UHGV virus genome: UHGV-1352853
Strand: one strand, 5' to 3'
From: a virus
DNA: 64,000 bases
This document shows, piece after piece, positions 47,501 to 57,459 of this stretch. The notes beneath the pieces were generated by a model that was not told where the DNA came from, made no database searches, and saw only the letters and a list, made by a program, of their open reading frames with translations. The position numbers and the translations under genes are program-made. How positions within the stretch are numbered: the first letter of the stretch is position 1; the number at the start of each line of letters is the position of its first letter.

Positions 47501-50500
47501 TAGCTGAAACTAAAACGGAAATGGAAACAGTGTTCCCTGTCTATAACAACGACAAGACACCGAACCAGTTCCTGAAATCTTTTACTCTACCGGAAGAACC
47601 TAAGTCTCGTACCATTGGTTCAGAGTCCCCTTTGACTGATGTTAAGAAAGCACTGTCTTCTGTTGCTCGCTTTGAAGCATTTACTCAAAAAGAAAATAAC
47701 GCTCTCACAAGTGATGTGATTAAGCGTTATCAGGACTTATTCGATTTTGGTGAAACTCTGAAGACTACCCTGTCTGACCGTCTAGCTAAGTTCCTTGCTA
47801 ACAAGAATGTTGGTAAACGCTTTGCAGAAGGTACTGAGGCTAACCGTTGGGTAGGTGGTAAGTTACTTAATATTGTAGAGAAAGATGGTGACACCTTTAA
47901 GTTCAATGACCAGTTATTAGAGACTGCTGTACTTGCTGGTCTGCAATGGCGACTGACTGCTACACAGAATGCTGCCATTAAAGACATGAAAGACGTAGCT
48001 GCTATTACTGGTGTAGAAGCATCCTTGTTACCTGATGGTATTCTGGCTGACTTTGAGAATGCTCAGACCCTGGTTGAAGCTACTAACTCACTGGCCCAAA
48101 AGATTGAATCTTACTGGGGTTTGAATCGTAATCCAAATGCACCACTGGGTTATACCAAAGGTATCCCAATGGCAATGGCTACAGAGATTCTGTCTTCTCT
48201 TATTGAGATGGGTGAAGTTAAAGAGTCTATGCTTGATGTGTCTGAGATTGACCCAGCCTCCAACAAGACTATTGGTCTATATACCATTGAGAAGCTGGAT
48301 GATAACGACGCCATTAATAATTTCCCTACTGCTATTGAGGAAGCTGTCCTCGTAGAACCAGAAGAGAAAATGTACTTTGGTGATGACATTCCTTCCGTGG
48401 CTCAAACTCAGTTACGTAACCCTGCTGTTAAGAATACCCCAGAGCAGAGGGCTGCATTGAAAGCTGAACAAGCTACCGAGTTCCGTGTACATATGCCGAT
48501 GGTTAACTTCTATGAAGCATTGGGTCGTGACAACATTCTGGAACTGATGGGTGCTGGTACTCTTAATCCTGAACTACTGAACGTGAATACCGCTAAATCA
48601 CTGGAAGGTAAGAACCTGTCCGTATCTATGGCATATGATTCCCTGTTTGGTGTAATCAATCAAATTAAGGAACAAGAGAACGGTCTGGATACCCCTATTC
48701 ATTACGGTTACAACATGACCCGTGTAGGTCGTATGCAGATGCTTGGTAAGAACAACCCACAATCCAGCAAGCTGGTTCGTGAGGCTATTCTGCCAACCTT
48801 CTCTACTATCGACTTGAGTAATGAAAACAGCCAAACGTTCTCTGACTTCCAGTTAGGTCTGGCTCAGGCATTAGGTATCAAGGTACATAACATGTCCCGT
48901 GAAGCTATGTCTGAAAAGTTGACCAAAGCTCTGGAAGGTAATCTGAAACCTGCTGTTGATATGATGGTTGAGTTTGATAAGTCTGGGCACTTACCTGCTG
49001 ATGCAGTAGATATTCTGAAGACGTCTCTTGGTGGCGATAAATCCTTCGTAGCTCTTATGGCTCTTATGGAATATGCCCGTTACCTGAACAGTGATGACCG
49101 TGCCAACTTTAATACCCCACTGTACGTTGAAGCCGATGGTGTAACTAACGGACCAATCAACGCAATGGTATTAATGACGGGTGGTAAGTTCACTTCAGAC
49201 TGGATTAAGAATACTGCTAAAGGTGGTCTATTCTTTGGTAAAGCTGGTAAGACTATGAACGAACATCGTTCACAGGATGACAGCGTGGATTTGTATGAAG
49301 CATCTACCAACGGTCTGCAACAAGCTCTGAATGAGTTACGTACTACTTACCGTAACAACGTTCCGGTTATGAACCAGATGAATCATCTCCAAAAGTTAAT
49401 GGACCTGTTCATTAAAGACTTTAACCTGAACGAAGACGGTACTCTGGACCTGAAACGTGGTATTGCTAAAAATCCTCTGACCATTACCATCTATGGTTCC
49501 GGTGCTCGCGGTATTGCTGGCAAGATGGTTAGTGCAATTACTGATACCATCTATGAACGCTTCAGTGACGTTCTGAAAGCACGAGCTGCTGACCCTAGCA
49601 TTTCCCCAGCTATGGCAATGTTTGGTAAGGAGGCTGCGTCTGAGGCTGATGCTCAGGCCATGCTGGATACTTTCCTTACATCTATGGAAGCACTGACTGG
49701 TAATGTTCCAGTTATGCGTAAAGGTGAGTTGTCTATTCAACAGGTAGAAGGTGCTCTGACTGGTAAGTTAGACCCTCAGAAGTTTACTGTATCTGGTAAT
49801 GCTTTGAAGAACTTACAAGAGAACATGCTTCACTTGTTCGTTGAACCAATGCGTACCGGTATCCGCAATACTGTTGGAGAAGGTCTGATGCATTCTACTG
49901 AGAACTTGCAGAAGGCTACCCAGATTCAGTCTCTGGTATTGCAGGATATGTTCCAACAAGCAGTACAGACTAAGCTGGCAGAAAAAGAAAAAGACCCAAC
50001 ATGGAAGAAGGGGGATTTCTTAACACAGAAAGAACTGAATGAAATCCAGGAATCATTATCTCCACTGGCTCCAATGATTGAGACTGGTTCACAGACTTTC
50101 TACATTGCCGGTAGTGAAAACACTGATGTTGCTAACCAAGTACTGGCTACCAACTTGGATGACCGTATGCGTGTGCCAATGAGCATCTATGCTCCTTCAC
50201 AGGCAGGTGTTGCAGGTATTCCATTTATGACCATTGGTACTGGCGATGGCATGATGATGCAGACCCTTTCTACTATGAAAGGTGCTCCGAAGAATACCCT
50301 GAAAATCTTTGATGGTATGAACATTGGTATCAATGACATCACTGATGCAAGTCGTAAAGCTAACGAGGCTGTATATACTTCCTGGCAGGGGAATCCTATC
50401 AAGAATGTTTATGACTCCTTCTCTAAGTTCATGAAGAATGTAGACTTCAGCAAACTGTCTGATGAAACTAAACAGGCTATCGCTAAGTCTGCTCTGGAAT

Positions 50501-53500
50501 ATGACCAGCGTGAAGGTGCTACTGATGCCTTATTACGTGCAGGTGCTGAACAGATTGAGCGTAACTTGCGTAACATTGCTCTTGGTGTAGATATTCGCCA
50601 TAAAGTAATGAACCAGGTACAGACCACTGTTGACCAGATGGCTGCTGTGGGTGCTCCTTACATTAATAACGGTAAGATTTCTTTGGAAGGTCTGACTGTA
50701 GACCAGCAAGTAGCTAAGCTGAACGAATTGTTTGATGCTGAATTAAACAAACGTCGTGATGCAGTACGTGCTGCTAAAGCAGAACCAGTGAAAGAAGTAC
50801 CAGCAATGGAGCAGGTTGGTCGTGTACTGAAGTCTGGTGTACGTCTGCTGTCTAATACTGCTATCTCTAAGCTGGCTAAAGAGATGTCTCAGGAACAACA
50901 AGCAGTACTGAAAGAAGTACAGAAATCCCTTGCTGCTAAAGACTACAAGGTTGTTTACGGTACACCTTCTCAGTTGGATGCTTATGCTATTGAGAAGAAT
51001 ATTACTCGCCCAGCACCTGAAGATATTGAAGCTGCTGAAGCAGGTAATGCATATGGCTGGACTAACTTTGAAGATAAGACTATCTACTTAGTTACTCCTT
51101 CCTTAGAGACTCTGGTTCATGAATTGGTACATGCTTCTACTTTTGAATCTGTACTGGCTCACTATGAGGGTACTCCTAATGAAGCAGTCCAGAATATTGA
51201 AGACCTGATGAACCAATTCCGTACTCTTGATGTTAAGGATGAAACTTCGGCAGTACGTGAAGCATACGCTGATGCTCTTAATACTATTAATGGTCACTTG
51301 TCTAATGGCTTCATTGAACCAGCAATGGCTAAAGCTGCTGCACTTAACGAGTACATGGCTTGGGGCTTAACCAACCGTGAACTGATTAGTAAGCAGAAGA
51401 AAACCACTGCACTTAAGACTATGGTTCAGGCTGTGTATGAAGCAATCAAGCGTCTGATATTTGGGCGTAAGAAAGCACCAGCTAATGCAGATGATATGTT
51501 CTCCGGCTTACTGTTTAACTCATCCGTAGTTATGCGTGGTCAGGCTCCTACTGCTGCTGTAGCTAAAGATACTACCCTGTTCCATAACAAAGCATACGGT
51601 GACAATACTCGTCTGGAAGAATTAGGAAAAACCTTCGATAAGTTAATTACTGACTACATTGGTTCAGAACCAGTACAACAAGTAATTCGTAAAGGTAAGT
51701 TCTCTGATGCAGTAGTGAATGCAACTAAAGTAACTCGTGATGTTCAGGCTCATGGCTTCACTATGAATATGCAGGAACAACGTCTCTTTACTAACATCGC
51801 TGCTGCTCTGGCTACTGAAGCTGCTATTAATCCTGCTGCTTTGGCTCGTGCACAGGAATACTATACGCATGTTACCAAGAACCTGACCGTTGAAGCATTC
51901 ATGACTGACCCAGATAGTACTAACCCTGCTGACCGTTATTACGCTCAACAGAAGTTCGATACCATCATGGGTGCTAACAATATTGAGTTTGATGCACAAG
52001 GCCGTTCTTCCTTACTACCTACCTTTGTCGGTCTGGCAATGGTAAGCGAAGAAGTACGTAAAGTACTGGCAGACATTCCTGTTATGAAAGCAGATAAGCA
52101 ATCTGGTAATACTGTTGATGCAATGCTTACTAACATCGGTACTGCTGCAATGGCTAGTCTGAATGCTCGTGTAGCTGGTGATACCAAGGCTACCAATGTG
52201 CAAGAAGGTATGGATGCACTGGCTCAGACAATCATGCAGACTAGTTTAAATGCACAGTCCTTCTATGATTCCGTTGCTACTCCTAGTGGTAATGCTATTG
52301 ACCGTGCTAACCAGTATCTGGTGGACTCTATTGATGTATTGTCTACCCGTGCTTTAGAAGGTGCTCGTGAAGTTGCAGCTAATACCAAGAACCCGTTGGT
52401 TAAAGGTGCTGCTCATGCTGCACAACTGATTGCTGCCATTGCTACGGAGAAGAATGGAGCAATCGTAGCTGAAGGTGTTATGGCTGCAATGAACCAGGGT
52501 AAAGTATGGCAACCTTTCCATGACCTGGTTAATGACTTAACTGGTCGTACTAAGAGCAATGCTTCTGTATACGATTTGATTAAGGCAGTACGTGCACAGG
52601 TACAGGCTGACCGTCAACAATTCCGTGAACATTTGCCTACCACTATCGCCTCTAAGTTCAGCCGTAAACTGACTAATGAAGAGTGGAAAGCAATGCATAC
52701 CGGTATGGGTAAAACTGACTTAGCTGCCCTGCGTGACACTATGTCTTTGGCTGAAATACGTGACCTGCTGACCGACCAGAAGATTGTTGACCGTGAGGTG
52801 AATAAGCTGGAAGCAGATTTGCAGAAACAAGCTGGACGTAACTGGCCTCTAATTAGTCGTAAATCTAAGCAACTGGCTCAGTACATGATTAATGGCACAG
52901 TTGGTAATAACCTGCTGCGTAATGCTACTGCAATTTCTCGTTTGCTGGGAGAACGTCAGGCTGCACGTTCTACTGTAGATGTAGCTCAACTGGACAAATT
53001 GATTACCCTGTATGCACTGGAAGCAATGAGTAAGTCTGACCGCGAAACATTATCTTCACTGGCTCAGACAGAAGTTGATGGAATGGACTTTGCTACATCT
53101 TATCTGGTTGGGCAGCGTAAAGATGAAATGGCTAAAGCCAAATCCGATACTCGTGCAATCCTGAACCAGTACAAAGGTTACATTCCTGATGAGACTAAAC
53201 AAGGTGTTAACCTGATTGTTGCTGAAGATAGTCAATTTGCTGATTTAATTGAGAAGTCTTATGTGCGACTGGGTACTTATCAGGGTAGCTCTGCTAATCG
53301 TGGTCCAGCACGCAGCTACTACTTTGCACCAGTACAGGCACAGGCTCCTTTCTCACAGGGTATTCTACAGAACGTTCGTAATACTGCTGGTGGTGTAGAC
53401 CTTGGTACAGGCTTTACGATGGGTACAATGGTAGCTGGTCGTATCACTGACAAGCCTTCCGTAGACCGTATCACTAAAGCACTGGCTCGTGGTGAACGTG

Positions 53501-54921
53501 GTAATGAACCACTGCTGCCTGTGTATGATGACAAAGGTAATGTAGTTGCCTATGAGCAATCTATTGACCCTAACATGCTGAAGCACATTGAGGGTGAGAA
53601 CCATCTTGCTCGTGCAATTGGTGTATGGCGTGGTCGTCAGGTAGAGGAAGCTAAGGCCCAGCGTTTCAACGATATGCTGATTGAAAATCTGCATAGCATG
53701 TACGAGAACGACATTAAAATGTCTGCCTCTAATAAGTCCCAGTACGTTAACCTTCTTGGTTCTAAACTGGACCCTGTAACTGCTGATGCCCTTAAACTGA
53801 TGAACACCGAAACACGTCAGAAAGCAGAAAGTCTGTTTGGCGAAGGTGAATTGTGGGTTCGTCGTGACATGCTTAATGATGCGCTGGGTTATCGTGCAGC
53901 TTCTGTAGGTGATGCCTGGTCTGGTAATTCTCGTTGGTCACCGGAAACATTGGATACCTTCAAGAAAGCTATGTTGGGTGTCTTTGGTAACCGTGCTTAT
54001 AAGTACGTAATGGGTGGTGAGAACCTGGTTCAGAACTTAGTTAAAGAAGCCAAGACACTGATTGTAGTTAAGTCAGTAGTTGTACCTGCTGTTAACTTCT
54101 TGGCTAACCTTTACCAGATGGTTGGTCGTGGTGTACCTGTTAAGAACATTGCTAAGAGCATTCCACAGAAGACTGCTGAGATTAACCAGTACCTGAAATC
54201 TCGTCTGCGTCAGGTAGATGCAGAAGCAGAATTACGTGCAGCTACTAACCCGAACCAGATTCGTAAGCTTAAGGCTGAGATTCAGTCCATAACTGATAGC
54301 CATAAGCGTATGAGTATCTGGCCTTTGTTAGAAGCTGGTGAGTTCTCTTCAATTGCAGACGCAGGTATTGGACGTGATGACATCCTTATTACTGAAGGTA
54401 AACTTCACGAATACATGGATAAGCTGGCTGATAAGTTACCTAAGTCTGTTCGTAATGCAGGTCGTTATGCACTTATCACCAAGGATACTGCTCTATTCCA
54501 GGGTATCCAGAAGACGGTTGAGTACTCTGACTTTATTGCTAAAGCAATCATTTATGATGACTTAACTCAGCGTAAAGGTAAGACTCGTGAAGAAGCACTT
54601 GGACGTGTAACAGAAGAGTTCATTAACTATGACCGTTTGCCTGGTCGTTTCCGTGGATATATGGAAAGTGTCGGTTTAATGTGGTTCTATAACTTTAAGA
54701 TACGTTCTGCAAAAATCGCAGTGTCCATGATTCGCAACAACCCTGTACATGCAGCTATGGCTATGTTGGCTCCAACTCCTACCATGTTTGGTAATGTTGG
54801 TTTACCTATTCAGGACAACATCTTCAGTATTGCTGCACAAGGCAATCTCGGTTACTCCTGGGGCTTTGGTCAGGGGCTTCGTGCTCACAACCTAAACCCT
54901 TGGATAAATCTGGTAAACTAA
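44563..54921 (+). CDS. virion-encapsidated RNA polymerase (N4 gp50-like vRNAP), about 3,452 aa from ATG 44563
   Basis: single 10.4-kb ORF unique to N4-like phages; central region has T7-like motif A EADGVTNGPINAMVLMTGG; AGGAAA SD before ATG 44563 (ORF-track start 44545 is TTG). Confidence 0.9.
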   Translation: MSTFDRLAGFADSITNAKQVDVSTATSQKQAAQGQSPFQLTPENAYNLQTGRVGNLGIGAFEPGSLQADFTQASPLEILNKYGNEQGLQIINSRANAADAVRQDLSKQRTNAEAFGDTLSGVGLGVANTLGGIAALGTGLVNDNAGASIASGMDWLNEGVHNLQSDALNATRKVVQNQNQISAQKNQKLYEQDIKNGESSLVASLSRIGRDAFDSVANTLDNGMAATDGLSEGVGSLFTGGPLIRGVSALGKVMVGGDKAVKGITLAAELGSRPAQVALSAGRVAAPAIAIGGMEAGGAYQQTASEIMKMSHQELASKSPVYQQHIADGLSPDEARRQTASETGIIAAGLTAPVAAATGPLVSKFELNPLKVGSLAGAGSNMLRETVEEGIQSGTSQFAQNKAIQGNVDTKRDLLKGVGEQAGLGALYGFGSAGVAQAPGATVKAVDAAAGPALRTTLAGASLVGSALAKAASPITNILVQRGEEVAKRNEQASPVSDATVNAAAQEATAQAEQAQATVQEAVDAMDISPEEKAAATQYAADLTQAMKFDPVELEQANPAIREAVSGSTNRVEAIQKMADLVNTAEDPNVQMEAAIQMYDNIMSMDSFINRDPGALANLEQGSPAANIVDQFSGLMANVQNTPKVLRAFRAIHSMIQEQAEAGKLKATEEANQAQANNIAMAADMSPEVLDADSVNMVLKHASEGKITLGNRQRAALQSAAALLQGAREFDAKAEELGLRPQDIVSKQIKTDESRSNEGQYSALQHAKRIRSAYNSGNFDLASAYLDDFMKFAQHMQNKVGALNEHLISGNADKNKSVHYQALTPSREWVRSRTGLGVNPYDTKSVKFAQQVGLEAKTVADIANALATAYPELNVSHVKVTPLDSRLDKPAAQVVKEFRQGGLDATQSQQTNEPVNQVDETPVTKQEPVTPTVQTKPSVSEAVKTEPAIKESKPQVVKEPENQSEKQDATLTNEDTTQGVAETKTEMETVFPVYNNDKTPNQFLKSFTLPEEPKSRTIGSESPLTDVKKALSSVARFEAFTQKENNALTSDVIKRYQDLFDFGETLKTTLSDRLAKFLANKNVGKRFAEGTEANRWVGGKLLNIVEKDGDTFKFNDQLLETAVLAGLQWRLTATQNAAIKDMKDVAAITGVEASLLPDGILADFENAQTLVEATNSLAQKIESYWGLNRNPNAPLGYTKGIPMAMATEILSSLIEMGEVKESMLDVSEIDPASNKTIGLYTIEKLDDNDAINNFPTAIEEAVLVEPEEKMYFGDDIPSVAQTQLRNPAVKNTPEQRAALKAEQATEFRVHMPMVNFYEALGRDNILELMGAGTLNPELLNVNTAKSLEGKNLSVSMAYDSLFGVINQIKEQENGLDTPIHYGYNMTRVGRMQMLGKNNPQSSKLVREAILPTFSTIDLSNENSQTFSDFQLGLAQALGIKVHNMSREAMSEKLTKALEGNLKPAVDMMVEFDKSGHLPADAVDILKTSLGGDKSFVALMALMEYARYLNSDDRANFNTPLYVEADGVTNGPINAMVLMTGGKFTSDWIKNTAKGGLFFGKAGKTMNEHRSQDDSVDLYEASTNGLQQALNELRTTYRNNVPVMNQMNHLQKLMDLFIKDFNLNEDGTLDLKRGIAKNPLTITIYGSGARGIAGKMVSAITDTIYERFSDVLKARAADPSISPAMAMFGKEAASEADAQAMLDTFLTSMEALTGNVPVMRKGELSIQQVEGALTGKLDPQKFTVSGNALKNLQENMLHLFVEPMRTGIRNTVGEGLMHSTENLQKATQIQSLVLQDMFQQAVQTKLAEKEKDPTWKKGDFLTQKELNEIQESLSPLAPMIETGSQTFYIAGSENTDVANQVLATNLDDRMRVPMSIYAPSQAGVAGIPFMTIGTGDGMMMQTLSTMKGAPKNTLKIFDGMNIGINDITDASRKANEAVYTSWQGNPIKNVYDSFSKFMKNVDFSKLSDETKQAIAKSALEYDQREGATDALLRAGAEQIERNLRNIALGVDIRHKVMNQVQTTVDQMAAVGAPYINNGKISLEGLTVDQQVAKLNELFDAELNKRRDAVRAAKAEPVKEVPAMEQVGRVLKSGVRLLSNTAISKLAKEMSQEQQAVLKEVQKSLAAKDYKVVYGTPSQLDAYAIEKNITRPAPEDIEAAEAGNAYGWTNFEDKTIYLVTPSLETLVHELVHASTFESVLAHYEGTPNEAVQNIEDLMNQFRTLDVKDETSAVREAYADALNTINGHLSNGFIEPAMAKAAALNEYMAWGLTNRELISKQKKTTALKTMVQAVYEAIKRLIFGRKKAPANADDMFSGLLFNSSVVMRGQAPTAAVAKDTTLFHNKAYGDNTRLEELGKTFDKLITDYIGSEPVQQVIRKGKFSDAVVNATKVTRDVQAHGFTMNMQEQRLFTNIAAALATEAAINPAALARAQEYYTHVTKNLTVEAFMTDPDSTNPADRYYAQQKFDTIMGANNIEFDAQGRSSLLPTFVGLAMVSEEVRKVLADIPVMKADKQSGNTVDAMLTNIGTAAMASLNARVAGDTKATNVQEGMDALAQTIMQTSLNAQSFYDSVATPSGNAIDRANQYLVDSIDVLSTRALEGAREVAANTKNPLVKGAAHAAQLIAAIATEKNGAIVAEGVMAAMNQGKVWQPFHDLVNDLTGRTKSNASVYDLIKAVRAQVQADRQQFREHLPTTIASKFSRKLTNEEWKAMHTGMGKTDLAALRDTMSLAEIRDLLTDQKIVDREVNKLEADLQKQAGRNWPLISRKSKQLAQYMINGTVGNNLLRNATAISRLLGERQAARSTVDVAQLDKLITLYALEAMSKSDRETLSSLAQTEVDGMDFATSYLVGQRKDEMAKAKSDTRAILNQYKGYIPDETKQGVNLIVAEDSQFADLIEKSYVRLGTYQGSSANRGPARSYYFAPVQAQAPFSQGILQNVRNTAGGVDLGTGFTMGTMVAGRITDKPSVDRITKALARGERGNEPLLPVYDDKGNVVAYEQSIDPNMLKHIEGENHLARAIGVWRGRQVEEAKAQRFNDMLIENLHSMYENDIKMSASNKSQYVNLLGSKLDPVTADALKLMNTETRQKAESLFGEGELWVRRDMLNDALGYRAASVGDAWSGNSRWSPETLDTFKKAMLGVFGNRAYKYVMGGENLVQNLVKEAKTLIVVKSVVVPAVNFLANLYQMVGRGVPVKNIAKSIPQKTAEINQYLKSRLRQVDAEAELRAATNPNQIRKLKAEIQSITDSHKRMSIWPLLEAGEFSSIADAGIGRDDILITEGKLHEYMDKLADKLPKSVRNAGRYALITKDTALFQGIQKTVEYSDFIAKAIIYDDLTQRKGKTREEALGRVTEEFINYDRLPGRFRGYMESVGLMWFYNFKIRSAKIAVSMIRNNPVHAAMAMLAPTPTMFGNVGLPIQDNIFSIAAQGNLGYSWGFGQGLRAHNLNPWINLVN

Positions 54922-54958
54922 AATAAAAAAGCCCCTCATTAGAGGGGCTTTACTTTTA
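54921..54958. terminator. bidirectional intrinsic terminator between convergent vRNAP and minus-strand operon
   Basis: AAGCCCCTC-ATTA-GAGGGGCTT 9-bp stem with A-run upstream and T-run downstream. Confidence 0.7.
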
Positions 54959-55384
54959 GAATCTTTCAATCCGTTTATTGAGTACATATAGATATGAACC
55001 CATGGCTTGATGCTGTAACCCAAGCAGATACTTATCCTCTGGTTCAATTTCACGAGATTTGGGGCTTAGTAAGAAATTACCTAAAGCTTCATACTTCTCT
55101 TTTAGATTATCTCTTTCTGTTAATACTTGTACTTGCTCTGCTGTAAAAGATTTAGTCATGTTTACCCACATTTTAGGTTTACGCCCTTCACTTGGAAATT
55201 TACCAGTCTCTTTGATCTTCCTTAGTGTTTCTTCAGAAGGGAACCACAGGAAGGAGAAGTAAAGTTTCTTAGCTACGTAACGAGTTACACCCAGTTTCTC
55301 TGCAATTTCATCGAATGAATATGTACGAACGGTATTGTTGAGAATGGCTTCACGAACAACAGAGGTAATAGATACTTGTGTCAT
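54956..55384 (-). CDS. HTH DNA-binding protein (142 aa)
   Basis: helix-turn-helix FDEIAEKLGVTRYVAKK. Confidence 0.45.
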   Translation of the reverse strand: MTQVSITSVVREAILNNTVRTYSFDEIAEKLGVTRYVAKKLYFSFLWFPSEETLRKIKETGKFPSEGRKPKMWVNMTKSFTAEQVQVLTERDNLKEKYEALGNFLLSPKSREIEPEDKYLLGLQHQAMGSYLYVLNKRIERF

Positions 55385-55394
55385 GCTATTTTCC

Positions 55395-55895
55395 TTACAG
55401 AATTACCCAGTCTTCTGCTAATACATCTGATTGGGATGGAACCCAAGGCATAAACTGGTCATCAACAGTTTTGATTCCCAACCATGGACAAGGTTTCAAT
55501 TCATCAGCAAATCCTGGACGCTCTAAGCTACTGCTATTCCATTCCTGAGCAGCAACGTACTCAATGTACATTCCTTTACCATTCCATCCTTTACGGACTA
55601 GTTTGAAGCCTGATTTAAGAAGCTCTACTGCATGACCAAAGGTACAACCTTTTTTCGTGTCACGATATGCCCCTTCAAATGCAGATTTTGGTGACCAGCT
55701 AATATAGCCACGGAACTGAGGATGGTTGGACTTAGAGTCTGGGTACTCAACTAAGTAACCTTCTTCTAGATGGTCTTCATCTGCTGGTACATCCCAGCCA
55801 CGAAGTTTGCAGTATGTTCCTTTACTCATCGGAAAACCATATACACACTTGGTTCCGATGTAATTGGTAAAATGGACTTTAATTTCTTCTGACAT
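55395..55895 (-). CDS. DUF2829 (Tad2-like) domain protein (start trimmed to ATG 55895)
   Basis: C-terminal LKSGFKLVRKGWNGKGMYIEYV...FMPWVPSQSDVLAEDWVIL matches DUF2829/Tad2 signature (KxxRxxWNGKxMYxx...PWxxSQxDxLAEDWxI); GAGGT SD before ATG 55895. Confidence 0.6.
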   Translation of the reverse strand: MSEEIKVHFTNYIGTKCVYGFPMSKGTYCKLRGWDVPADEDHLEEGYLVEYPDSKSNHPQFRGYISWSPKSAFEGAYRDTKKGCTFGHAVELLKSGFKLVRKGWNGKGMYIEYVAAQEWNSSSLERPGFADELKPCPWLGIKTVDDQFMPWVPSQSDVLAEDWVIL

Positions 55896-56039
55896 AACTA
55901 CCTCAAATGATAAAGCCCTCACTAGGAGGGCTTGTTTTGCTTTGGCTTCTAGAGCCTTACCACATGTCGGGTAGTTCTGTACCTTTCGGTGAAAACTACC
56001 ATATACCTGTTTGCTAAATGGTGCAACCACCACTAACTT

Positions 56040-56288
56040 TTATTTAGAATATTGCCCTTTCGTATACTCAATGAAGTATCCGAACTTAGCTTCATACTCT
56101 GTAGGGGAATGTTTGCTTACATGGTGTTTAGCCATACTAAGTAATTCCTTTTCCAACTTATTTACATTGATTGTATCTGCTGTTTCCCCAATAGGGAACT
56201 TATGATGGTAAGCTGGTTCAGAAGTAATTTTTCCGCTTTTAGCTAAAACTTTAACGGAAGCAAACCCAACTTTAGGGTCTATATCCAT
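56040..56288 (-). CDS. hypothetical protein (82 aa)
   Basis: ORF. Confidence 0.4.
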   Translation of the reverse strand: MDIDPKVGFASVKVLAKSGKITSEPAYHHKFPIGETADTINVNKLEKELLSMAKHHVSKHSPTEYEAKFGYFIEYTKGQYSK

Positions 56289-56710
56289 TAGATTTTACAG
56301 CCCCCACCCCCGCACTCATTGTTTTCCAGGAAGCCCTTCAGCATTTCTTGGCTCTGAGCTTGCTCATGCAGATTCTGCTTAAGCAGGTAACCTTCCAGTA
56401 ACCAGACCTTATCGATTGCATTTTCATAGGCAATCTTACGCCCAATTTCTTCGTTGAAGTTTTCCGGGGATGCACAGGCAGACTCACCAGTAACAGTGAA
56501 ACCATTCTCCAGAACCAGTACACAGAAAGTCAGCAGAGATAGTGACTGTACTTCCTGGTTCTTAATGGTTGCTAAGTCTGGTAGTACAGATGCTGCACCA
56601 TCCAGGCCAGTAAAGAAGTAAGTACCAAGTACTTTACTCTTGATGTGGTCAGGGGTAATGCGTGGAGCTTTATCAGCACCAGCTTCTTTAATCTGTTGTT
56701 CGAGTTCCAT
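56288..56710 (-). CDS. conserved phage protein (start trimmed to ATG 56710; ORF-track TTG at 56737)
   Basis: motif LTFCVLVLENGFTVTGESACASPENFNEEIGRKIAYENA typical of a widespread phage family (Gp49-like, tentative); GAGGAA SD. Confidence 0.45.
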   Translation of the reverse strand: MELEQQIKEAGADKAPRITPDHIKSKVLGTYFFTGLDGAASVLPDLATIKNQEVQSLSLLTFCVLVLENGFTVTGESACASPENFNEEIGRKIAYENAIDKVWLLEGYLLKQNLHEQAQSQEMLKGFLENNECGGGGCKI

Positions 56711-56734
56711 AGATTCCTCAGTGTTTATGTTGTT

Positions 56735-56774
56735 CAAATAAAAAAGTCCCCCAGAGGGGCGGCTCTAGGGGACT
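56735..56774 (-). terminator. intrinsic terminator downstream of tRNA cluster
   Basis: AGTCCCC...GGGGACT stem followed on minus by UUUUUUAUUUG. Confidence 0.55.
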
Positions 56775-57016
56775 TAGTACTATTTACCCATAGCTGGGAG
56801 GCTTTTGGTTCTTACCACGAAGACAGTCCACGCTGACTAGGCTTGGGATTGATAGTCCCGTTCCTGTGGTAATTACTCAGGCTAGGATTTAAGGAGTTCC
56901 TATTCTCCAGCGAAATTCCCGTCGAGGGGAATAACAATACAATAGCAGTCACTGGACTGTCTTACCAGTGTTGTCTTTAGAGTGCAATGCAATCAGGACT
57001 ATGTTACTGCTGAATG

Positions 57017-57092
57017 GGTGTCCACTACTGGATTTGAACCAGTGACTTTCCGATTATTAGTCAGTTGCTTTCCCCGTCTAAGCTAAGTGGAC
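57017..57092 (-). tRNA. tRNA (canonical cloverleaf; anticodon loop CUAAUAA, anticodon AAU read as Ile, uncertain)
   Basis: acceptor GTCCACT/AGTGGAC, D-stem GCTT/AAGC, T-arm ACTGG-TTCAAAT-CCAGT, U33 and A37 in place; anticodon stem has one mismatch. Confidence 0.6.
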
Positions 57093-57098
57093 TTATTA

Positions 57099-57174
57099 TG
57101 GTTACCCAGGCAGGATTCGAACCTGCGTCCTAGTTGGTTTACTAGTGGGGCTTTTCCACTAAGCCTACTGGGTA
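57099..57174 (-). tRNA. tRNA (76 nt, encoded CCA; anticodon arm non-canonical, 6- or 8-nt loop)
   Basis: acceptor TACCCAG/CTGGGTA, D-stem GGCT/AGCC, T-arm GCAGG-TTCGAAT-CCTGC, CCA; anticodon region CTAGT-AAACCA-ACTAG does not give 7-nt loop. Confidence 0.55.
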
Positions 57175-57459
57175 TTAATAGGGGAGTCATGCCAGGCTTT
57201 AACTGGCTCCTTCTTCGCAATCCTTACATACCCCTACATAATTATTGCGTTAAGCTTTTTTGTTTAAGTTTAAGTGAAGGCGTTCTTGCTGACTCATAAT
57301 AGAGTGGGCGTTTGACGAATGACTAGTTCGTTACTACCCGTTTGCCATAAGTACCTGGCGACTTTGGTTTGAGGTGGGAGTCCGAGTCCTGTACAGCCTT
57401 ACCGTTCACACATTGGCAGCGTATCTAGAATTGCACTTCCGGCAACTGGATTTAACTGT

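Noticed and set aside
55903-55940. Hairpin AGCCCTC-ACTAG-GAGGGCT + TTTTGCTTT as a plus-strand terminator
   Set aside because: There is no plus-strand transcription unit upstream. It lies in the leader of, or upstream of the corrected start of, the Tad2-like gene. It is kept only as a note in that finding.
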